Assembly: GCF_009914755.1 (NCBI RefSeq)
Contig: NC_060939.1
Strand: one strand, 5' to 3'
DNA: 64,000 nucleotides
DNA from: the human T2T-CHM13v2.0 reference genome, Homo sapiens
Part shown: piece after piece, positions 13,879-29,033 of the stretch
Layout of the letters: each line of letters begins with the position of its first letter
Numbering within the stretch: position 1 is the first letter of the stretch
Position numbers and translations under genes: made by a program
Notes under the pieces: generated by a model
Database searches by the model: none
Seen by the model: the letters and a program-made list of their open reading frames with translations, nothing else
Told to the model about the DNA's origin: nothing

Positions 13879-15202
13879 ATAACTGAGGCCTAACTGGCCA
13901 AGAAGTGGGAGGGAGGAGGGCCTAAACCAGATGTAATGGCATAAAAGGGTTAGATGAGGAGTATTGATTTAATTACTAATTTACGTGGGGGCAGTGTGTC
14001 AGAAATGACCAAGGCGTTAAGCCGGGTTGGCAGAGAGATGATAGTTTCCTTGAAAACAATACTAAGTTAGGCAAAGCTATTTCTTGGAGCAAGTTCCTGA
14101 GCTATGTTGAATTTTGAGATTTAGGATTTTCTCTTCAAGTCATTGAAGGTTTTTGCTTTTACTAACCTGCAGATTTGACTCTGTATTAGACTCTGAGGAT
14201 ACAGAGATAAATAATACATGCTGTCCCAGCATCTGAGGACCAGGTGAGTGTCATCCTGCATCATCAAGCCTCAGAATGTCTCCTAAGCTGCAGTCTGAAC
14301 CTAATTAAGAATTTTTAAGTCGGTTAATCCTGCCATGCCCCCTTGGTTCCTATACCAAATACAGTTCACTACTCATTCCTTTTGCTCTAGAGCTCTATTC
14401 TGTAATGAACAAGATACTTAACTCCTCACAGAATCTTTGTTTCCTGCCCTAACTGAAGCTTTCATCTTTCAAAGGACGCCACTTTCCTCCTGGTCCTCAA
14501 GTGTTGGCTGCTGATTCTTCCATACGTCATACCAGGAGGTTAAAAGGGGAGTGAGTTCTGTGTTTTCAGACCATTACTCTTCTGTCAAGTATCAAGGCTA
14601 CTCCTGTTCATTATCTCTTTTTCTTTTCTCCATCGTTCTTTCACGTTCATTTAGAATTTTTGTACGTGGTTTAAGTTCTTCACTCTGTTCAAGTGACTTT
14701 CCACTACTGTGAATGCTGGGATTTGGGTCTGTTTTATTCGTTACTGTATCCTCAGATCCTAGAACCGTAGCTGGCACATAGGAAATGCTTAATTTTTATT
14801 GAATACATAAATTCATTTAAATTTCAAAGTAAATTAATTTTTTAAACTCCTATGACCTTTGTCTCCAGAGCTTTCGTAATCAACTCCCAAAATCACGACC
14901 TTAATCATTGCTTAAAACAGTTCCACTTCTGAACTTTTCTGGTCATACAATTGAAATACATATTAATTATGGAAAATTTGGCAAATGGATAGGCAAAAAC
15001 AAAAAACACTCATCATCTAACTAGTTAGCAATAAAAATGGATAAAAATATCTGTATATTTTTCTAGCCTTTTTTCTGTAAACATGCATACCTAGGTTTAA
15101 TTTTTTTAATGGGGATCATATTGTACATACTGTTTTTAAAATTCCTGGTGTGTTTTGTGTGTGTGTGTTTAACTTTAGGATATTTTGTGAAATCTTTACA
15201 TG

Positions 15203-15754
<552 letters not shown>

Positions 15755-15759
15755 TAAAA

Positions 15760-16830
15760 CTTTTTATATTGAGGTATAATTTACATACCACAAAATTCAC
15801 CTGTTTCATAAGTGTTCAGTATTTTTTAGTAAATTTATAAAGTTATGTTGTTACTACCACAATCCACTTTTAGAACATTTCTGTCACCCAAAATATTCCT
15901 TGAACCAATTTGTAAACAATCCCCTTTCCTACCACCCATTATGGGTAACCAGTAACCTATAGATTTGCCCTTTCTTGACATTTCATATAAATGGAATAAT
16001 AACAAAAATGACCTTAAAATGTTATTGAGGTACATTCATGTTGCACTACCTGTCATTAGCTTAATCTTTTATTGTGATAAAATATACATAAAATTTACCA
16101 TTTAAACTGTTTTTAAATAGACCATTCAGTACCATTAAATACATTCACATTGTTGTATAACTATTACCACTTTCCATCTCTAGAACTATAAAAATTGTCC
16201 CAAACTGAAACTGTACCCATTAAACTATAACTCCCAATCACGTCTCCCCCAGTCAGTGGTAACCAACATTGTTTCTGTCACTGTGAGTTTGACCATTCCA
16301 AGTATTTCACGTAAGTGGAATCATACAATATCTGTCCTTTTGTAGTGTGGCTTATTTAATTTAGCATAATGTCTTCAGGGTTCATCCAGATTGTAGTATG
16401 TATCAGAATTTCATTCCTTTTAAAGGTGGAATAATACTCTCTATATATACATACCACATTTTGTTTATCCATTCATCCATGTATGGACACTTGGCTGCTT
16501 TTATGCTTTGTCTGTTGTGAATAATGCCACTGTGAACATTTGCGTACAAGTGTGTGGCATATGTTTTTGTTCTTTGTGGGTAGAAACCTAGGAGTGGAAT
16601 TTCTAGGTCTTAGGATAATTGCATGTTTAACTTCATACGAAATGGTCAAACTGTTTTCCCAAGTGGCTGTAGTTTTTTACATGCCCACTAGTCGTGCTTG
16701 GGAATTCTGTTTCTCTTCACCCTCATCAAAAATCGGTGTGGTCAGTCTTTTAAATTTTAACCATTTTAGTGGATGTGGAGTGGTATTCTATTGTGGGATT
16801 AATTTGCATTTCCTAAATGACTAATAACAA
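15760..16830 (-). mobile_element. L1M (L1MB/MC-type) 3' fragments
   Basis: tattgaggtataatttacatac..., ttatccattcatcc..., tttgcatttcctaaatgact. Confidence 0.8.
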
Positions 16831-17700
16831 CTCTGATTTGGAATGCTTAATATCCTACTTTTCTGACTGTAGCCTCCTGTCATTCCAATGCTCATTCTCC
16901 TTTTCCCAGCACGTTTATTCTTAAGCTTTAAGCTTTATCAAGATTTCTGGTCCCAGCACCTCTTGTTTCATTCTCTCCTCTAGCTTCAGTTCCCTCTTCA
17001 ATCACTTTTCTTCCAGTATTCTTAGCTTTGAATCTTTGCCCAGTTTTGCCATCTACTCTGCTTCTAAGTGCTATCAGAGGAAATCATATAGTTTTGTTTT
17101 GACACTACTATGAATTTTTTTGTAACTTTTAATTTATATTTATTTTCAAACTTTTACATAGTTATTGCATGTACAGTACAAGGAGCTTTCATACATCGTT
17201 TTTCTAGATTCCCAATTGTTATACTGTGTCCTGTTTGCTTTATCATATTCTTACTTTCCTTGGGGGTGTATTATGCATGCATATATAAAAATTAAATTAG
17301 TATGCACATACTATATATGCATTGTATATATAATACATATGCATGCTATGTTTTTCTGAATCATTTGAGCATAAGCTGGAGACTTTTACCCCTACATACT
17401 TCAGTATATATTTCCATAGAGCAAGAATATTCTCTTACACAGTGTGATTAAGTTATCAAAATCAGGAATTTTAACTTTTATGCAATAATATTATTTAATA
17501 TACTGTCCTTATTTAGTTTTGTCAGTTGTCTCAACAATACCCTTTATAGCTTTTTGTTTTGGTTTGCTTTGTTTTTTTAAGCTTTACTACAAACTTTATA
17601 CTTTACAACTCCAGCTTGGACTTGTCCATCCTTTTTGATCCTAACCCTCTACCATTTTTCTGTGTGCTTATCTTAAACCTTCTCTATTCTTTAAGACTTT

Positions 17701-17994
<294 letters not shown>

Positions 17995-18175
17995 CGACTT
18001 CGTCCTCACTCTTTCCTTATGCTTTATTGTTACCATTGACATAATTTTGTGAGTTTTCTCAATTTCCTGCCCCTTCTTTTCCTTAATTTACAAATACCTG
18101 TATCTTCATTTACCCTCTTTTCTTTATGGAAGATAAATTCTTTCTGGATAAGAAAATTCTGTTACGTGTGCTGTA

Positions 18176-18312
18176 GATCATTGCTGTCTAATATGGTAGT
18201 TAGTAGTGGCTATTTAAATTTATTAAAACTTAGCTCCTTAGTTGCACTAGCTCCATTCCAAGTGCTCCGTAGTTCCACAGGGCTGGTGGCTACTTAATAT
18301 ATTGGGTAGCAC
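18176..18312. mobile_element. MER3/MER33-like hAT-Charlie relic
   Basis: gctgtctaatatggtag ... gttgcactagc...caagtgctc motif. Confidence 0.6.
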
Positions 18313-18675
18313 CTTTCTAGATTCCCTTCTTTCCCAACATTTGAGGGATTTTTCTTTATCTCATCTTTATCCATAATAGACCCACCATGATCTTGCCCTT
18401 GCTTATCTCGGTATCCTCATCTCAACGTGTACTGTACTTCAGTCACAGTAAACTACCAGCATTTTCTCTAAATACATTGTTTCGGGCCCTTTTCACTTTT
18501 ACAGCTGTTATCTTCCCACATCTTCCTGAAAGACCTACTCATAATTGACAACTCCTTCTGTTCTTCACTGATCACACCAGATTGCAATAATTCAACATAT
18601 TTGCCTCTTGTACCAAAGCTGTGAGATCCTTTGTGAGTAGGGGCCATATTCTGTCTTCGTGTGTGAGTGTGTGTG

Positions 18676-18971
18676 TTTTTTTTTTTTTTTTTTTTTTTTT
18701 GAGACAGAGTCTCTGTCACCCAGGCTGGAGCAGTGGCACGATCTCCTCACTGTAGCCTCCACCTCCCTGGTTCAAGCAATTCTCCTGTCTGAGCCTCCCG
18801 AGTAGCTGGGATTACAGGCTGTGCCACCACCTGGCTAATTTTTGTATTCTTAGTAGAGATGGGGTTTTGCCATGTTTGCCAGGCTGATGTTGAACTCCTG
18901 GGCTCAAGTGATCTGCCTGCCTCAGCCTCCCAAAGTGGTGGGATTACAGGTGTGAGCCACCACTCCCAGCC
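18676..18971 (-). mobile_element. Alu (S/J-type)
   Basis: Alu consensus. Confidence 0.95.
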
Positions 18972-19734
18972 TAGCCTTTGTGTTCTCTTGACCTAGCATT
19001 CAACTATATGTTGAATTGAAATGAATATGTAATCTCTGCCTTCTAGCTGCTTACCATAGGCTGATTGATGATCACTTGTATAGACTCCATTGCCTGTGGA
19101 AATGGAATAGCTTTCCTTGTAATACTGCCTGAGCTCTGCTTTCCACCCAGTCCGTTTTAGCCTACTTGAGCCCTGGACCTTGACTGCTGTCTGGATGCTT
19201 GAACTATGTTTTCCTTTTTATTTTTCTAATCATCTAGAATCCAGCCTAACTCTCCACCCTTCTAGGTATTTATATTTTAAGAGTATCAGTCTACTTGTGA
19301 CTCTTGAGTGCACTATGTAGAATCATGGTATCATGTTTTATTTAGTCTGTAATATCCTTCATCCTCATTCAAAATATTAAGGTGAGTCTCCCACCATAAA
19401 CCAAAACAATCCTTTCCCTATAACGAAGCTAATCACTGTATAACTTCTCTTCCTTGTTTCTATTTGTGTTGTTTCATATTATATTGTGACTTGTTAATTT
19501 GTCTGTTTTCCTGAGTAGCAGCCATTCCTTATTCAAATCATACTGCTCAGAAACTTTTTCATTTCAGCTTACGTAGCTATTAAGTAGTAAAGCAAGAATT
19601 TGAAGCCAGATGTACATTTTTTTCTGTATCCTCAGTATCTGATAGTACCTAAGTACTCAAGAAATGCCTCTTGAATTGACCAGTGACCACAACTCTGTCA
19701 GAATCTGCATTTCATTCTTTTTGATGTCTTAGCA

Positions 19735-19925
19735 TGTTCAGGTGCTTGAGCTTTGGAGTCAGACTCTCTGGGTTCAAATCCTTGCTTTACTGCTTACCAG
19801 CTGTTTGACCTGAGCAAGTTCCATAATCTCTGTAGGCCTCAGTTTCCTCATTCTAAATAGTTACTACTACCTTTAAGGGATATTGTGAAGATGAAAGGAG
19901 ACAATGCAGATAAAACATTTATCAT
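19735..19925 (+). mobile_element. MIR
   Basis: gctttggagtcagac...gggttcaaatcc...gcctcagtttcctca core. Confidence 0.8.
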
Positions 19926-20576
19926 GGGACCCCTCAATTCTGTTCTTACTATTTGTCCTGCAATTCTGACTTACCTACTAGCTCTTAGTTAATCCTGCTC
20001 CATGCTCATCCCATGTTTTTGTTTGTTTTTTTAACTGGCAGAGCCAATGAGACATCTAAGTGAATTTCTAGTAGGCAGTTAGCAAAAACAACCCTGGAGA
20101 ATGGTCTGAGAAAGAGTCATATTTGGGGGAGATTTGCTCAGAACTCCTATTTAGAACTTTGAAACCTGAGCTAATGTATATAAAAAGACAAATAGCAGGT
20201 GATGGGATTTTGAGATACCATTCTAGGAGCCATGTATCTTCAGGCAACCCAGTTTTCAAATATTTTTTATTGGTCTTCTAAATTTTTGGAATATTTTAGA
20301 AATAATAACTTTTTGACACCCTTAAAATACAGAGTCACACATTTGGAAGTAGCACAAAAATTTGAACTGCCTCTTTGCCGCAACCCACTAGAGGTTTATG
20401 TTTTTCTACTGAAATATTCTATCTTGTTGAATCACACATCCTAGGTTTTGATTTAGAAGATATGGTCACCATAGGTGTTACTTGACTTGGCCACTAGGAG
20501 GAAGAGAAGTTGCCAAAGGAAATTCTTGCAAAGAAAGATTTCATTAGTATCATATTTTCTATTTAGTTGTTAAGGG

Positions 20577-20602
20577 GTGTGTGTGTGTGTGTGTGTGTGT
20601 GT
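20577..20602. repeat. (GT)n microsatellite
   Basis: About 13 GT units. Confidence 0.95.
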
Positions 20603-21063
20603 CGGGCACACGTGCACATGTGTAGTTTCTCACCCTATTAGGTGATTTTATATCAGAATGGGGTGAGAAGGAAGGAGGAGGATGTACGTGAAAATCTAGA
20701 GGTGTTATTGAGAAGACTGAGTACCACAAAAAGCTCTGAATCTGGATGCCTAATGGATGGTTTGTATGTGATTAAACTCCAAGCCATACTTCATTCTTCT
20801 AATCATTTTGGTAGTTTTCTCAGAATAATCAAATGTTCTTTTGAAAGAAAAGGTAACCAGGACCTTTCGTTCATTTGCTTTCGCAGAGTTCCGTTTAGAT
20901 AAAATGGTTAATTTTTATAATGTTATGAAAACTAAAAAGTGAACTATTTTAGAGAAAAGTAACACTGAAGATTGCCAGTTTGCCATCGGTATCCTTGATT
21001 TGCTCTTCTTCATCTCTAATAACAGATACAAATTTTTAATATATTTACTATTAAAAAAAAACC

Positions 21064-21355
21064 TTTTTTTAAGAGACAGGATCTTGCTCTTGTCACCCCA
21101 GCTGGAGTGCAGACGCACAATCATAGCTCACTGTAACCTCAAACTCCAGGACTGAAGCAGTCCTCTTGCCTCAGCCTCTTGAGTAGCTAGCACTACAGGC
21201 ACGTGACGCCATGCCTGGCTAATTTTAAAATTTTTTGTAGAGGCAGAATCTTGCCGTATTGCCCAGGCTGGTCTTGAACTCCTGACCTCAAGCGATCCTC
21301 TCACCTCAGCCTCCCAAAGTGCTGAGATTACAAACATGAGCCTCCGTACCTGGCC
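21064..21355 (-). mobile_element. AluJ-like
   Basis: Alu consensus with atcatagctcactg diagnostic. Confidence 0.9.
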
Positions 21356-21621
21356 AATCCATATATTTAATATCTCACTTTGACTGTTAATGTTAATAGC
21401 TGATAACATTCTTGAAGGTAGACATTTGCTCCCTGATAATGAAGAAATGCTTTGTTTCTGAGTAGAGGTGATGTTTTTGTATTTAGTTTTCTCCACATAT
21501 ATCTGTCCCACTTGCAATGGATAGTATTTATCTGCAAAACAACTGTTAACTGGAATGAATTATCAAAGAAGATTTATAGAAAAAATTTGGTTTGTTGGTG
21601 GTTGGGAAAAAAAAAATCAAC

Positions 21622-21862
21622 TGGCCAGCATGGTGGCTTCCACCTGTAATCCCAGCACTTCAGGGATCAAGGTGGGTGGATCACTTGATCCCAGGAGTTC
21701 GAGACAAGCCTGGGCAACATGGCAAAAACCCATCTCTACAGGAAAAAAAAAAAAAAAAAAGGATTGCTTGAGGACGGGAGGCGGAGGTTGCAGTGAGCCA
21801 AGATCGTGCCACTGCACTCTAGTCCGGGCGACAGAGTGAGACTCTGTCTCAAAAAACAAAAC
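21622..21862 (+). mobile_element. Alu with expanded middle poly-A and a right-arm deletion
   Basis: Left arm, A18 run, then a partial right arm. Confidence 0.9.
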
Positions 21863-22336
21863 AACTGCGTATCCTCATTAAACAGTATAATAAACTGAAT
21901 GTGCTATTTAAAACATATCAGTTATTCATTGTTAACATGTTTTATTAGAGGGGTAGTAACGTTTTAATTTATTCAAAGTTCTAAATGGTAAGAGAGAGGG
22001 GGGAAAGTTCTTGTCTCATCATTCAGGCTGAATTAGTGTCTTACATTTTGTATCCCTCAAGGCTGTGCACGTAATCAGTGGTGGGTGAATGGGTTCATTG
22101 ACGGTGTTACCCTGGAATGTTTTACCTTGGCAACATTGACACACTATAATACCAATAGAATTTTTAAAAATTGTTTAAATTTGAAGGCTACTCTTAAAAA
22201 TAGCTATTATTTTGAGCATTTTAATTTTGTGGTAAAGAAGCAAAAATGTTTCAAATGAATTATATTAAAATACTTTTATATTTAGCTCTCTGAAGAAGTC
22301 TTTTGGTCTCAAAATACCCAATTTACTGTAAGTTAA

Positions 22337-22679
<343 letters not shown>

Positions 22680-22860
22680 AGGACTTTCTTTTTTTTAAAT
22701 ATACAAGTTTTTGTCTAGAAAAGGAACTCTTTAGGAACTTGAATTATTTTGTAATATAAATGTAATAGATGAGCAAGAAGGTTGTATTTGAGGTGTGGGG
22801 AGGGAGGTTGCTTTCTCTATATTCTTTCAAATAATCGGAAAACATGAAGAAGTGATTCCT

Positions 22861-23202
<342 letters not shown>

Positions 23203-23617
23203 CTACTGCCTTCTCAATGGAAGAATAGCAGAGCTTTACTGGAGAAGTCTTGTCTCTGTTCTTTAATTCCAGTGTAGTTTCGGGAAGGGTGCAGTAGAAT
23301 AATAAGATTGGGAGGAGGTAGACATTCACCTGACTTAGATCTGTGAGTCATACCTTATCATCAGTGGAAAGGTTTATGTCATTTGGCACTTACATTTGGT
23401 ATTTTAAACTGGAGCACTATTTATTATAACTCAGTCATCATAAATCAGTTTAAACTGCTGTTGGATTGGATGGAGTTTGTGTGTGGAAACAAGATAAGGA
23501 ATCTGGTTCTTTTAGCTATTTAGAATCCTTGGAACATGAGGTTCAGATGCTTACCAGGTTTTATTTTGCAATAATTCAAATTTATGGAAGGTTAAAATAG
23601 ACATGTATTTCCTATCC

Positions 23618-23945
23618 CAGTCCCTGGGCTGGCAACTGAACTAGGCCTGGTACTAGTCTGTGGCCTGTTAGAAACCTGGCTGCACAGCAGGGGAGCGCGT
23701 GGGAGCTGGCATTACCACTTGAGCTCCGCCTCCTGTCAGATCAGCAACACTGGATTCTCATAGGAGTGCGAACCCTCTTGAGAACTGCTCATGAGAGGGA
23801 TCTAGGTTACACACTGCTTATGAGAACCTAAGGCCTGATGATCTGAGGTGGAACAGTTTCACCCTGAAATCATCCCGCCCACCCCTACCCCCTACCCCAA
23901 AAACACACACAGAAAATTTGTCTTCCACGAAACTGGTCCCTGGAC
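23618..23945. mobile_element. MER1B-like (Charlie3) relic
   Basis: gagctccgcctcctgtcagatcagc...gattctcataggag...gatgatctgaggtggaacagtttc. Confidence 0.85.
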
Positions 23946-23949
23946 CTCT

Positions 23950-24990
23950 TAGTAAGATTAACCCATTGTTAACATTTTGTGCTATTTACTTATTCATTCT
24001 CTGTCATATTATTTTTTTCTGAATCTTTTGGGATTAAGTTGCTTACATCATGTTCCTTCACCATGTAATATTTCAATGTATAGTTTTAACAACAAGGACC
24101 TTCTCTTGTATAACTGCATTACAGTTATTAAATTAAGGAAATATGCAGTTATCTAATACACAGTCCACATTCACATTTTACTAGTTTTCCCATTAATGTT
24201 TTTTTTCTTTTGTGTGTGAGACGGGGTTTTGCTCTTGTATCCCAGGCTGGAGTGCAATGGCTCACTGCAACCTCTGCCTCCCAGGTTCAAATGATTCTCC
24301 TGCCTCAGTCTCCCAAGTAGCAAGGATTACAAGAGTGCCATCACGCCCGGCTCGTTTTTGTATTTTTAGTAGAGATGGGGTTTCACCATGTTGGCCAGGC
24401 TGGTCTCGAGCTCCTGACCTCAGGTAATCCACCTGCCTCGGCCTCCCAGATTGCTGGGATTATAGGCGTGAGCCCAATAATCATTCTTTAGGGATTTTTT
24501 TTTTCCTGTCCAGAATCCAACCCATAATCATTCATTGCATTTAGTTGCCACATCTCTTTATTCTCCTTTAATCAGGAACATTTCTTCAGCCTTTCTTTGC
24601 CTTTAATGACACTGACATTTTTGAAGAGAGTGACAGACCATTTATTTGTAGAATCTCCCTTAATTTGAGTGTATCTAATGTGTTCTCATGATAAAATTTA
24701 GGAATGTGGTTTTGGCAGGAATGTTACACTTGTGTGCTTTTCAGTGCATCACATTAGGAGGCACATGTCCACTTGTTTCCTTATCAGTGATACTTACTTA
24801 GATCTTTAGGTTAATGTGATACCTGCCAGGTTCCTCTACTTAAGTTAATATTTCTCCTTCTGTAATACATAATTTGTGGGAAGACACTATTAGACTCAAT
24901 ATATACCAGTCCTCATCAAACTTTCATTCACAAAGAGTTTTAACATTCTTTGGTAACTTTGTCTAAATCAAATTATTACTAGATGGTAAT
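23950..24990 (-). mobile_element. Old L1MC/ME fragment interrupted by an Alu
   Basis: cattgcatttagttgcc, gacactgacatttttgaagag, tcagtgcatcacattaggaggcac. Confidence 0.65.
24198..24475 (-). mobile_element. AluS-type
   Basis: Alu consensus. Confidence 0.9.
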
Positions 24991-25449
24991 AATTCAGATA
25001 TTTAATGGATTTAGATATTTAACCGGGTTTAGGTATTTAATTGTAGGAGCTCAGTACCATAGTAGGAACCGCTTTGAGCTGTTGGATTCTTTAGCATTAT
25101 AAAGTGCTTTGTGTTGAACAAGAATGTCTCCTGAGACTTCTATACACTGTTTCAAGTTCTGTACTCTGTACCACGTGAGATGAGCCTGCTTTATTTGTGT
25201 CTCTCTAACTGCCCTTCAAAATGTGTTCTTTTTTGTCTTTTCGATAGGTTACTTGCTTTAATTTCATATAGTCACTTCTTGTAAGAGATGACTTTCCTGA
25301 ATTTATAACCATCCTGTTGGTTTTCTGATAACATTCATTCATCAGTATCACACTTAACATATGGTATCCAAATCTGGATACTAATTCCAGATACAGTTTG
25401 ATCTATCAGTACAATGGATCACTGTTTGCCTGTAATCTAGCTTTATGCT

Positions 25450-25680
25450 CAAGAGCACCAGGTTTTGGAGACAAATAGATTTGGCTTCAGGTCCTAGCTC
25501 TGCCACTTAACTAGCTCTGTGATCTTGAACCAGTTCCTAACATCTCCAAACCTGTTTTGTCATCTGTAAAGAGTTGGTAATAATAGCACCTGACTTTTAA
25601 GGATGGAATGAAGATTAAGCGTGCATGTAAAACTCTCAGTGGTGTCTGTTATATCGTAAACACCTATAAAATGTAAATTA
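25450..25680 (+). mobile_element. MIR
   Basis: cctagctctgccactt...ctgtgatcttg...catctgtaaa. Confidence 0.7.
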
Positions 25681-26172
25681 TTTTTATGCAGAAAGCATGC
25701 TTCTGTTTTATTGCCCAAGATTGGTACAGTTTATGTTTTAGCCCTTGTACTGCAGACTCATTTAAGCCTGCGGTGAAATCAGAGTTTTAATCAGTTCTAC
25801 TGAAGCAAAGTTAGACACTTGGACAAATATTTTAACTTATTATGATAGAATACCTTTCATATAACTCTTATGAGATTTTGAATTATTTTTAAAATATTCA
25901 TATGTACCATATAAGTCGATTATAGAGAAACATTTGAGTTACTTTGAATAAACCCTAAAACATCAAGTCATCTCTTACAGCATAGCAAATGTTAAATATT
26001 TCAGCATTAATTAATAGTTTTAAAATTAGTCTATGAAATTGGAGTGTTTGGGTGCTATTTCTCATGGTGTTTTTGAATTATGTTGCTAATATAAACAGTA
26101 CATTTACTATGTTCATGACATCTTTAAGTTTTTCCTAAAATTTACTATAGAAATTTAGACCAATATACATAT

Positions 26173-26230
26173 TAGCCCAGTGTACATATAGGGGAAAGGT
26201 ATAGCCCAGTGTACATATAGGGGAAAGGTA
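26173..26230. repeat. Perfect 29-bp tandem duplication
   Basis: tagcccagtgtacatataggggaaaggta x2. Confidence 0.97.
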
Positions 26231-26376
26231 GTTATCTCAGTATTCTAGGATGTTTTAATTGAAGTGTACATATTTTGCTTGAAGTTTACTTACAGTTGTA
26301 TTAAAAAATGCAGGTGAATAGGAAATGCATTGAAACATCAAAGCCTAGAATCTTTCTCTGTATTGTGGCTTTCTGA

Positions 26377-26727
<351 letters not shown>

Positions 26728-26743
26728 TAAATGGCACTTTTTA

Positions 26744-27090
<347 letters not shown>

Positions 27091-27830
27091 ACATACATTT
27101 ATTTTTGCAGTGCAAACTGTCATTATGACTGCCTATGTAATACATATTTGCTAATGGGATGGAGAAACAAAGATTTTTATCTTGTAATTGTAGTTCTTAA
27201 TTTACAGACTTTCTGTATTTTTGGTATTTTGAAAGTTCAGTTTAGTAGAATAGTTTTTTTTTTTTATGGGAACAAGGTTTTATTTTCTAGGCAAGGCTTC
27301 TAACACTTGATTAACCTGTAGTAATAATGGTACTGTAGAAATTTTAATCTGTCAAGAAATGTGCTATAAACCATAGAAAATGTCAGCAACATGGCTCCTC
27401 CTGCTGTCACAAAACAATCTCATTCTCCCTAGTCCGGTGCTATGACATGTATACTTGAGACTCTAAAGGCATTCCACTGACTGTTGGTAAAAGTGTTCTT
27501 TAGTTGGTAGCTGTTTATTCTAAATAAATTAGCTAGACTTAAGGAAAACAGAAAAATACCTACTTTTGCTTACTTTGGATAAAATGATTATATAAAGTAA
27601 TCCTTACTCACCTAGTCTGTGGCCAGGTATAGAAAATCTATGGATTAGTTATATGCATATTGTTAATAATGTCAAATACCAATTGGAATGTTTTTATTTT
27701 TCACTTTTTCTTCAGCCACCCTTTTAACCTAGCTATAATAGCGAAAGCACTCCTTAAAATTTTAGGTGGTTAAAATGTGGTACGTAAATTTTATATGTCT
27801 CAACTCTGTTTCATGTTAAATGTGTTACAG

Positions 27831-27993
27831 GAATGAATCTGAAGTCTGCTGCAGTAAAACACAGAAGGCTTTAAAATGTTTTCTTGCATAAAATTCAAAA
27901 CTTTTAAGTAGCTGCTTATGAGAATAGGGAAGGCAGAAAGCTAATGTCTGTCTCAAGATACAGGACAGCTGTTTGCTCATCAACCTCAACTGT
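27831..27993 (+). other. ZFAND6: ZFAND6 non-coding 5'UTR exon (163 nt) containing four uORF starts
   Basis: Acceptor tgtgttacag|GAATG at 27830/27831 and consensus donor ACTGT|gtgagt at 27993/27994. Unique non-repeat sequence that matches my recollection of the ZFAND6 mRNA leader. Confidence 0.85.
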
Positions 27994-28617
27994 GTGAGTA
28001 GAGACTTAAGCCTGTAACCCTATGTAATTGGGCATAGTAACTTAATTTTTTTTTTAATTTAAAATGCTTGAAGATAGACCTAAGTCATCATGATGAGACA
28101 TTTTTAGGGTGTATTTTTTCTGGTGGGTAGGATACTGAGGGTGGAGTGGGTGGTAGATTTTTATTTATAAAATAATTTGTGCAATAACATTTATAACTAA
28201 TGTTATTAGTGACTACACATCTTTTTTCAGAATTATTATAAGCATTGGAATCTGCATTACTAATTTATTATTGTGAAGCAAAAGATTGTAATTCTTTAGA
28301 TTGCTGTTTATTTTGCATTGATTTCAGCCATTTAAAGTTAATATTTTGACCAAACAACCATAAAAAAATTACTTGGGATTATGATGTTTGATATTAATAG
28401 AGAAAATTGCTTCTGGAAATAATAATTTAAATTATAATAATTTTAAAAGCTAATATTTTAAAAAATAACTTCATTTAGTCAAAGAGTATATCAAAATACA
28501 AGCACCCTTGTTCCCTAAATGCAGTTGAAAGTTTTTTAAATTCGCCAATTTTATTTTTTAAAGTACTTTGAATAATAGAAATGCCTATGGAAGAAAAAAA
28601 ATCTCCTTTTCTTTCCT

Positions 28618-28643
28618 TTAAGGTGTTAAAGTTAACACCTTAA
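28618..28643. repeat. Perfect 12-bp inverted repeat with 2-nt spacer
   Basis: ttaaggtgttaa-ag-ttaacaccttaa. Confidence 0.95.
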
Positions 28644-29033
28644 GAATCTATGGTAGGGTGGTGTCTGGTTTTTTTCTACCCTCCTCCCCCCGACTTTTTC
28701 TTTATGGATTTAGGAGTGAGACTCTTAATTGGATGTTTTTTCTCTCTCTTTAGAAGAATGCATTGTTTGTACAGATGGAGTGATTAAAATGTACAGCATT
28801 GTATTGAGCAAAATGATGAGCATGTAGACAGAGACTTATAAAATCTTGTTAACTGTTCACTGAGGCATGGAGTAGAAGGAATGTTATGCAGTGTATGCAC
28901 TAAAATGAAATTACTTTCTCTTTCATAACACAAATGTGTTGACTGAAGGAAAATAAAAATGGACTATCTTTAGAATCAGTGAATGAGAAAACATTTAGAA
29001 AACGTGAAGAATACACACTGAATATGGATATCC

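Noticed and set aside
28740-28760. Strong-looking acceptor tctctctctttag (a similar one lies at 43040-43060)
   Set aside because: No convincing paired donor; such motifs are common in AT-rich introns.
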